DNA of 62,959 nt, counting the filler, from Licmophora abbreviata (taxonomy: Eukaryota), in assembly GCA_900291995.1 (NCBI GenBank). It is 16 parts of 16 records of this genome, joined end to end, with 100 filler letters (N's around TTAATTAATTAA, not from the genome) between each part and the next. Parts side by side here need not be neighbours in the genome. Positions count along the whole stretch, not along the records: positions 54,373 to 58,044 come from OLMU01004311.1; positions 58,145 to 59,571 come from OLMU01004312.1; positions 59,672 to 62,959 come from OLMU01004315.1; 13 more parts are not named here. One strand, given 5' to 3'. The notes beneath the pieces were generated by a model. It did no database searches. It was not told the DNA's origin and saw only the letters and a list, made by a program, of their open reading frames with translations. The position numbers were made by a program, and so were the translations under genes. Every line of letters starts with the position of its first letter. The stretch's first letter is position 1. Below, in pieces: positions 56,330-62,959 of the stretch.

Positions 56330-57764
56330 ATGGCCCCAACCAAGAAAGAAAGACAATCTGCTGAATTCGCAGCGTCGAAGAAAGAAAGCCTTCGCAGAGA
56401 GGCGAGCAAGAAGTATGCTACTACGTTGGTCGCCAAAGCTTTCGAGGACTCCAAGCTGCCGGACAATCAATCCAAACTACCGCGGTTTGAGATATCCGAG
56501 GTCAAACTAGGCGAGCTTCTAGGCTGTGGCGGATTCTCCACTGTCAAGGAGATCCGGTCCTTTGACATTCAAGGAGCCGCGACGACTCGATGGAAAGCCA
56601 GAAAACGAGGGGGAGAGGATCCTCAAGTCGAGCATGAGAGCCGAACGTTTATTGCCAAAAACTGTATTCGGCGAACAGGAGACGCCAGATACGCACTCAA
56701 GGCCTTGTCTAAGGTGACACTGGAAGATCCAGACAAGCTCTGGATTGGAATGCTTGGCCTGGGTCTCGAAACGAGGTTCTTGTCTGCCGTTCGACACCCC
56801 AACATTATCAAATTGAGAGGCGTTGCTACCGTGAGCTTTGCGGACGAAGGATATTTCCTAGTATTGGATCGACTCTATGATACGCTTCTGGAGCGCTTCG
56901 AAAAGTGGAAGTCAAAGACAAAGAAGTACAAGGGCTTGGTCGGAAAGCTGAACGACCGAAAAGGCCGCAAGGCGGCTGCCTTATTGGAAGAGAGACTCCT
57001 CGCTGCGTTGGACCTATGCCGTGCAATTGACTTTTTGCACTCAAACTGCATTCTCTACCGAGACATCAAACCTGTGAATATTGGATACGACGTGAGGTCT
57101 GAGTAAGTTGTCTGTATTCATGATTGGCTAAACTGCGCCGCCTATGCCTGCCCTTGCGCGTGGTTTGGCTTTGCTGGTGGTCTGGCGCCACGTGCCGGGC
57201 TCAATCATGAACTGCACTCATCCTCTTCCTTCTCACTGATTACCTTGCAGCATCAAGCTCTTTGACCTCGGAGTGGCAAAAGAGTTCCACCCCGACCGTC
57301 GTCTCCCAGATGGCACGTACCAGCTGACGAAAATGACAGGAAGTATCGTGTACATGGCACCCGAGGTTGCTCTGGGCAAGACCTACTCGGCGACATGCGA
57401 CGTGTATTCCATGGCCATTTTGCTGTACGAGATGCTGACATTAGAGAAAGCCTACCCCTTTACATACACGCTCAGAACGTACAAGGAGAAGGTCCACTTG
57501 GGCGGAAGCCGCCCCAATCTGGATGGAATGCCCTTATCACGTCAAGTCAAGTCGATTTTAAAGAAGGGATGGCATGCAGATCACGTCCGAGAACGCCCCA
57601 CCATGGCACAGTTTTCCAACATGATCGAGGAGGAGATTGTGCGCACGCGGGACGATGGCGACATGAGTTTTCTCACCAAGAGCGCTCGCTCTTCTTGCAG
57701 CATTGGATTTGGTGTCAGGATGACGACAACCATGACGGCAGTGGACGAGGTGAACGGGCAGTGA
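56330..57764 (+). CDS. Protein kinase (TKL-like, diatom-type); intron 57103-57250
   Basis: LGCGGFSTV, YALK, HPNIIKLRG, YRDIKPVNIG, DLG, GSIVYMAPE and DVYS; the GTAAGT..CAG intron gives DVRSDIKLFDLGVAKE. Confidence 0.92.
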
Positions 57765-57955
57765 TGAGTATGTGTGTGTTGCTATATGCACTATATAGCT
57801 AGTATTTATGATTGTTAGTGTCAAAGGAATGATACAGGCAGTAAGCTTCCTAGTACAATTTTGACCGTGTTGACTTCTCTTTCACTAGGATAGATCGGAG
57901 GATAACTATGTTAGGTCCATGTTGCGTGTTAGTGCTCTCAAAAGGAAAGACGTTA

Positions 57956-57975
57956 GACTCGACTCGACTCGACTC
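57956..57975 (+). repeat. (GACTC)4 pentanucleotide microsatellite
   Basis: GACTCGACTCGACTCGACTC near the contig end. Confidence 0.8.
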
Positions 57976-58434
57976 TCCTAGGCTACACCGGGGGTAGACG
58001 ACCGACCGAGGGAGAGAGTGACGGCGCGGACGTCTCAGTCACTGNNNNNNNNNNNNNNNNNNNNNNNNNNNNNNNNNNNNNNNNNNNNTTAATTAATTAA
58101 NNNNNNNNNNNNNNNNNNNNNNNNNNNNNNNNNNNNNNNNNNNNTCATCGCCGTCATGACACAATGTGGAGCGATCGCGATTGCGCACAATGGGCGTTCT
58201 CCTTACAGGTACTTCTAATATCATACAGTTACGACACGTATCACGACTGCCTTTGCCTTTTAGAAGTTCAGTCTACAAGGTAAAGAAAGTATCATGTGAT
58301 ACCTGGTATCATAGCAGCCAGAAATGGGACCGTCATTGATAGCCTACGTAAAATACTGAAGTCTCTGATACGCGGTTGCACCAAAGTTATTCTCCATACA
58401 CTTGCGTATCGAACTGACATCTCTTCTACCGATA

Positions 58435-59571
58435 CTACGCTGCGACAGCAGCAAGTACCGCTGAAAGAGCTTTCATTTCCTTGGATTGCTTTTCGAAGGC
58501 CTTAGTTTCATTCTCACAATCACCAACGAGGTCATTCACACTTCCGTCTTCGGCAGCCATCAGCATCTGCAGACTTTCTCGACGCTTTCTGGATTCTTCC
58601 GCCATGGCAGTGCTCCGACCCTGAACTTTTTCGACGACCCTCTGCTGTTCATTCATTATGCCAGCCAGTGACAATGACAAAGTACCCAAGCGACCGTTCA
58701 TGTTGTCGACCTTGAGTTTGTTCAGGTTGCGTTCCTCGGTAACCTCCGCGAGCTTCGATTCCCACAAGGTGTCCTTCGCAGCAAGCATCGACTCGTACTC
58801 CTTCTTTTGCTCTAAAAGACTGGCTTCGAAGCTGGCTCTCACTTCCTCTAGATCAGCGGTGAAAGTGCTATCCTGTGAACCAAGCTGAGTGTCGAGCTCT
58901 TCTTGCTTTGCCTCGATTAGAGACTTGAACTCATCTTCTTGCCGGACAAGTTCCTCCTTTACTTTGACAATCTCATCTTCCTTTTTGAGAGCACAAATTT
59001 TTACGGACTGCAACTCGAGCGCCATCTTATCGAATTCCTCCTTCAACGATTCGTAGCGCGCATGCATTATTTTGGCATGCTCACGGCTCTTCTGCAACCA
59101 TGTAGCCTCACGCGCTTCTTGCTGAGCCTTGAGCTCAGTCACGTCATGACGAAGACGATTTACAGTGCGAGGAGAGGAAAGAACAGGAGTAGAGTTCTTG
59201 TTGTATGATCGGCCTTCCGTAGTTGAGATGGTCTGGAGACTCTCGCTGAATTGGGCGAACGTGAAGTCTGCACCCGAACTCACTCCCTCGACCTTCGATC
59301 TTTTCACCCAGCCACTGAGAACCGTCACGACGGCGTCACGACGAGGATATGCCCCATCAAGAGCCAACATAAGCGGGGTGTTGCCATCGGCATCTTTTGC
59401 GTTCAGAACATCAGAACTTGCGGCGAGAATCATGTCAATGATGGCAACGTCCGACGGCCCCCAGCAGGCAAGGTAGTGGATAGGAAGCATGCCGCGAGGG
59501 TCGGCCGACTTGCTAGCCTCGGGGTAGTGTTCCAGCAGCAGACGCACGATTTCTTGGGAGGCTTGATTTCC
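58435..59571 (-). CDS. Ankyrin-repeat plus coiled-coil protein, 5'-partial
   Basis: DPRGMLPIHYLACWG and KDADGNTPLMLAL, then a long heptad region. Confidence 0.82.
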   Translation of the reverse strand, partial: GNQASQEIVRLLLEHYPEASKSADPRGMLPIHYLACWGPSDVAIIDMILAASSDVLNAKDADGNTPLMLALDGAYPRRDAVVTVLSGWVKRSKVEGVSSGADFTFAQFSESLQTISTTEGRSYNKNSTPVLSSPRTVNRLRHDVTELKAQQEAREATWLQKSREHAKIMHARYESLKEEFDKMALELQSVKICALKKEDEIVKVKEELVRQEDEFKSLIEAKQEELDTQLGSQDSTFTADLEEVRASFEASLLEQKKEYESMLAAKDTLWESKLAEVTEERNLNKLKVDNMNGRLGTLSLSLAGIMNEQQRVVEKVQGRSTAMAEESRKRRESLQMLMAAEDGSVNDLVGDCENETKAFEKQSKEMKALSAVLAAVAA

Positions 59572-59671
59572 NNNNNNNNNNNNNNNNNNNNNNNNNNNNN
59601 NNNNNNNNNNNNNNNTTAATTAATTAANNNNNNNNNNNNNNNNNNNNNNNNNNNNNNNNNNNNNNNNNNNN

Positions 59672-60150
59672 CTGCACCGACGATGTCATCTGCGCCCTCA
59701 TCTGCACCCACAGCGTCACTTGCTCCCACATCTGCACCAACGATGTCGTCTGTGCCCTCATCTGCACCCTCATTTGCACCCTCATCTGCACCGACGATGT
59801 CTTCTGCACCAACGATGTCGACTGCACCGTCATCTGCGCCGTCATCTGAACCGTCATCTGTACCCACGATGTCTTCTGCACCGTCATCTACACCAACGAT
59901 GTCATCTGCACCTTCATTTGCACCGTCATTTGCACCCACGATTTCTTCTGCACCGACTACAGCATCACCGTCTATGACGCCATCCACCACGAAATCTCCG
60001 TCAGTGGAACCGTCCGTGTCGGCTTTGCCTTCTCTTAGGCCGTCCACGTCTCTGCAGCCCACCACGTCGGCGGCACCTTCACAACAGCCATCAGTGTCCA
60101 TTTTGCCAACAATTACAGCGGCTCCCTCAACGTCATTTGCTCCTACAACG
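59672..60150 (+). repeat. Coding Ser/Ala/Pro/Thr tandem repeats (TCATCTGCACC units)
   Basis: Repeated TCATCTGCACC and ACGATGTC units; the contig breaks inside the repeat. Confidence 0.85.
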
Positions 60151-61548
60151 ACACCCGTGACAAGTGTGGAGATGAGGCCCAGTGCTGGTTCTGAATGCTG
60201 GAACAGTACAGGAGAGGCGACGCTTACTGACCTTTTCTACTTCCTTACCGACCCTGCTTTCGATGCCAACGTGAGGCGTATCTACACATTCTGTCCCAAC
60301 ACCACGATCAAGATTGGATATGTTGCTCCTGGAGGGTTCATCAATATCCAATTGATTGGGGGTAATCTTCCCTTGTTTGTTGTCAATCCTAACGTTCATA
60401 TTCGATGCGGTGTTTCAGGAGTGAGCTCCAACAACTGCGTCTTCCAAGGTGGTCAGGAGCAGATCGCCACGCAATCAGATACCGTGCTGATGTCGACGAT
60501 TTTGCCCTTGGTTCCGTTCCTGGTCCCCACTCTACCGCAACTCCCTCCGCTTCCAGAAGGATACACGCCAGATTCAACTAACCTCTTGGTCGAGGGCATC
60601 ACATTCGAAGGATCTGCCGACTTCGATGCAGACGAAGAGGATCATTCACCTGTGAACTTCCCTGGTCCAGGTTTGAACATGACTATTAAAGACTGTATCT
60701 TTAAGAGCAACATTCGATCCCGAAAGGCGAAGTCGTTGGCTCAAAGTGCAATCTCCTTAAAGCGTATTCCATCGGCCCAGGTTTCAAATGGTACCTACAA
60801 TAGTCTCTCCGTTCTGGATTGTGTTTTCGAGGTAAGTATGTCAAGCCGATTGCGGAAACAAGCAGACCCCGCGGACTAACACATTTTTCCGTTATTTGAC
60901 CTACCACACAAGAATAACATGTTTCAAAACGGAGCCATTGTCACGAGCTTCAACGGCCTTGCACTGGAGAATAGTGACCCGACCCTCATCCAGGTCAACG
61001 TTACACGGTGCACGTTTTCCAACAACTCTATTGAAGGCCTGTCCTCCTCGCTCGCTATGATTCATACGACCACGCACACCACTGTTGCTGTCGAAGATAC
61101 TTGCTTCATAGACAATATCATTAAAGGTGACGACAAGCTCGCCATCTTATCCCACCTGAACGGCGTTGGATTTTATTCGAATTTGTTCGGACTCAACAAC
61201 ACGTTGACGGCACAGGACAGTAATATGACCAACACGAGCACTTCTCCCTCCATCTGTTCTGGTATCGCTCAATACACCTTGGACGCAACGCTAAGCGAGA
61301 TCAACAGCACAGAGTGCTGGGATTTGGATGCAATGGTCTGTGCTGCAGCTGAAACACGACAACGCTCTCTTGCAGCATCGAGCAACAATCATCATGATCT
61401 TCTTTTCAAGGAGATGGGAATCCTGGAGACGGGATCTTCCTACTTCCTACCAGAATCTGCCGCTGCCACCAACCATGACGGTGTTGTTGTGTTGACGCTA
61501 CTGGCAGTCATTAGTACCATGTTGATCAAGATGATGATGCAGGCGTAG
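59672..61548 (+). CDS. Cell-surface protein with (SAPT/SAPS) mucin-like repeats, a Cys-containing beta-helix-like domain and a hydrophobic C-terminus; 5'-partial; intron 60832-60912
   Basis: SAPTMSSAPS repeats; CPNTT..., IRCG..G.SSNNC, DCIFKSN, CTFSNN and TCFIDN. The GTAAGT..AAG intron is in frame. C-terminus VVVLTLLAVISTML. Confidence 0.78.
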
Positions 61549-61735
61549 ATCGAGCGAGATGGAAGAGGCCGATTGTAAAGTGGACAATCCGCTCCTCGAC
61601 GAACAAGGACAAGAATCAGAGTATCCGATTCTTTTCCACTATAGTAGTTTTCACGAACTAGGAGCTGCGTGGATGAGTCGAGTCAACTTCTTGCTACCGT
61701 ATACACATTCCTATACTACCATACCAGTATTGATA

Positions 61736-62826
61736 TTAGTACGCCATGTGCTCCTTGACTGACGCAGGATCCACCTCTCCGCTTTCAAATCGTTTCTTAT
61801 CCACTTTGGGCGCCGCGACCTTGAAAAGAGTCGTCTTTCCCTTTGGTCCTTCACAACTGACTTGCCCGTTCATGGGCAAACTACCCCACTTGCCCATGGG
61901 CGGTGGTCCGGCACTACTCTTGCACGCATTCAACAGCTCCACAGTCGTTTCCGGCGTCAGACACTCGTAATAATCATCATTCAACTGCATCATGGGAGCA
62001 TTCGCACACGCTCCCAGACACTCTACTTCCAGCAAGGTGAACATACCGTCCTTGGTCGTCTCTCCATCCTTAATGTTGAGTTCCCGCATGATTGTATTCT
62101 TGATATCTTGCGCACCGCAAATCATACAGGGCGTGGTGCCACACAATTGAATAAAGTACTTGCCGACCTTGGTACGGTTGAACATGGTGTAAAAGGACGC
62201 GACTTCATAGACGCGAGGTTTGGAGACTTCCACAATGCTGGCAACCTTGTCCATGGCTGCGACGGGCAACCAGCCGCCGTGCTGGCGTTGCGCCAAGTCG
62301 AGCAATGGAATGATGGCACTCTGCTTGTAGTTGGTGGGGTATTTGGAAAGGAGCTGAGGAGAGTGGGGAGAGTAAGGTGTCATACGGGAGGTTAGGTTGG
62401 AATGAGTCCGTCGCAAATGAGTAAAGCTCCTTACAAACGTAGACTCGACTTGTCCGAACGAGTTCGATTCTACAATCACGAGCTCTCTAGGGCAAAAAAC
62501 GAGAGACGAGCGTCATGCGGATACGCACCATTTCGACACGCTTGTAGTTTTCTTCCGTAAAGTCAAAGACTGTTTCAGGCGTATTGTCGGGAGTGTTAAT
62601 GTGCTGTCAAAGAGAGCGACACGCAAGAGCGAATATGAGATTGTTTAGGTCAGAAGGATTCATTCCGTGGCGTAGCGTACAAGTCGGTACACGTTGCACG
62701 TACAAAACTCTTGGCATGGCCCATGTTTCGGACTTGCTGGTGCTGCTTCGGAAGGCTGTTCTTCCACGCCCTTGAACCGCCTCTACCGGCAGCAGCAGCA
62801 GCAGTACGAGCGGTCAGGGACAGCAT
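61736..62826 (-). CDS. NDUFV2: Mitochondrial NADH:ubiquinone oxidoreductase 24-kDa subunit; introns 62354-62528 and 62604-62703
   Basis: Presequence MLSLTARTAAAAAGRGG; exon HINTPDNTPETVFDFTEENY; SAIIPLLDLAQRQHGGWLP, YEVASFYTMF, and 2Fe-2S ligands CGTTPC and ECLGAC. Confidence 0.96.
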
Positions 62827-62959
62827 GGCAGTGTGTTCAAAGAGAGAAACCAAGAAAGCGAAGCCAGAGGGGCGCTCCTGCTGTGTTCGTCGCCTTCGCT
62901 GCGCGTGATGTGGGCAGGGGCAGCAGACAGTCATCCTCTACACGGACGTCGGACAGACA

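Noticed and set aside
57251..57280. Kinase DLG (not DFG) and YRD (not HRD) as signs of a pseudokinase
   Set aside because: The catalytic Lys, Asp, Asn and Mg-binding Asp are intact, and both variants occur in active kinases.
4974..59671. Recurring TTAATTAATTAA as a biological repeat, CRISPR or mobile-element end
   Set aside because: Always centred in exactly 44+44 Ns; it is a synthetic six-frame-stop linker.
1..62959. tRNA, rRNA or CRISPR arrays
   Set aside because: None recognised by eye; a covariance-model scan would be needed to exclude small RNAs.

Overview
Eukaryotic, gene-dense nuclear DNA with short spliceosomal introns, most consistent with a diatom (bipartite plastid presequences, CBA1-like gene, diatom-type ankyrin, kinase and Pro/Ser-repeat proteins). 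The window is 16 contigs joined by 15 artificial 100-bp linkers (N44-TTAATTAATTAA-N44). Several genes run straight through linkers, so the contigs are at least mostly in scaffold order. Housekeeping genes: VAP, MAF1, GT64, OTUD6B-like deubiquitinase, kinesin-6, ribosomal P2, a kinase and complex I 24-kDa subunit. Most interesting: (1) a haem-only ferric-reductase-like gene head-to-head with a CBA1-like cobalamin-uptake gene; (2) a giant (>3,300 aa visible) secreted VWA/HYR protein with at least 22 bacterial-type Ig-like repeats and probably a GP/KSGS/WWWW tail; (3) an intronless DenD-like/SDR fusion divergently paired with a Gfo/Idh/MocA oxidoreductase; (4) a mesaconyl-CoA-hydratase-like gene; (5) several ankyrin/coiled-coil paralogues; (6) a possibly plastid-targeted arsenite methyltransferase; (7) a degenerate Sua5/YrdC protein. 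All calls come from motif recognition and manual splicing; no database searches were run.
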